Source of the DNA: an uncultured Eubacterium sp.
GTDB taxonomy: Bacteria > Bacillota > Clostridia > Oscillospirales > Acutalibacteraceae
DNA: 64,000 nucleotides
NCBI GenBank assembly: GCA_934561395.1
Contig: CAKTGF010000004.1
Coordinates: 170,936 to 234,935 of the forward strand
Direction: 5' to 3'
The position numbers and the translations under genes are program-made. Below the pieces are notes generated by a model. The model saw only the letters and a list, made by a program, of their open reading frames with translations. It was not told the origin of the DNA and searched no databases. Shown here in pieces: positions 63,724-64,000 of this stretch (position 1 is the first letter of the stretch; every line of letters begins with the position of its first letter).

Positions 63724-64000
63724 AAGGACGCTCCTTAAACTTTATTCACGAACTATTTTAATATCTTTTAATACCAATGTCAACTAAAATATCGGCGGGG
63801 AAAGAAATTTGTCATATTGTATAGTTTATACATAAATTTTTTGGTATCTAAATAAAAACATTTTTATTGAAAAACTATTGATTTAGCAAACTTGCTATGA
63901 TAATATAGTACCGATAATTATTTTGGGGTATGTTGCATACTGCCCTTTAGCAGAAACGAGGGATTACATTTGGCAGAAGCAGTTGATGAAATAACCATAG

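Noticed and set aside
1-64000. CRISPR arrays or other short regularly spaced repeats
   Set aside because: Reading both strands, I found no repeat-spacer periodicity. The only internal repetition is the domain-level repeats in the surface-protein gene and the KE-rich tail.
63724-64000. Possible leader RNA or gene start at the extreme 3' end (GTATG-TTG-CATAC hairpin; TTG-GCAGAAGCAGTTGATGAA...)
   Set aside because: It is truncated by the window edge. There is too little sequence to decide between a 5' leader, a small RNA and an N-terminal coding fragment.

Overview
The window looks like a chromosomal segment from a Firmicutes/Clostridia-type anaerobe, judging by an estimated GC content in the mid-40s %, GGAGG ribosome-binding sites, sigma-A promoters and many rho-independent terminators. 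It carries about 60 protein genes and two singleton tRNA-Leu genes.

Conserved core content:
- The C-terminal end of a LarE-like PP-loop gene, followed by a CbiM/NikM-type ECF metal transporter (M with a fused C-terminal domain, Q, O).
- A complete arginine operon, argC-argJ-argB-argD-argF-carA-carB, whose last ORF is an in-frame CarB–diaminopimelate-epimerase fusion of 1342 aa.
- ldh, gdhA, a LexA-family repressor (here called lexA), ligA, a potABCD spermidine/putrescine transporter, and a heterodimeric ABC exporter pair.
- A PurF paralog, an M24 peptidase, and an OYE/FAD oxidoreductase.

Accessory and unusual content:
1. An orphan three-gene lysis cassette (BhlA/XhlA-like protein, holin, CHAP-SH3b endolysin) sits between the ECF transporter and argC. 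An XRE-regulator plus Ltp-like (superinfection-exclusion-type) pair sits just after the arg operon. No other phage genes are present.
2. A glycerol-phosphate glycopolymer operon encodes an LtaS-like transferase, a YidC/Oxa1-insertase::TagF-glycerophosphotransferase fusion, two small proteins and a long UGM-like flavoprotein.
3. A promoter-to-terminator operon encodes an HPr-kinase-like P-loop kinase, a PF14907 (Pol-beta-type) nucleotidyltransferase, rmlA, rmlB and an IspD/TarI-family cytidylyltransferase. The kinase/NTase pair is otherwise known from phospho-glycosylating lasso-peptide tailoring. No RiPP machinery is present here. Immediately upstream is a 1219-aa surface protein with Ig-like and C-terminal lysine-rich Fn3-like modules. 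I consider this the best candidate for an undescribed modification system.
4. Other oddities are an AAA_28 kinase::CYTH fusion overlapping a FliB-like Cys-cluster protein, a PurF paralog with Gly in place of the catalytic Cys, a ferredoxin-thioredoxin-reductase-like mini-protein coupled to an MFS transporter, a membrane-anchored LuxR regulator, tandem bPH membrane paralogs beside tRNA-Leu, and a 53-aa ORF with a strong RBS downstream of lexA.

All functional assignments come from reading motifs in the translated ORFs. No database search was possible.
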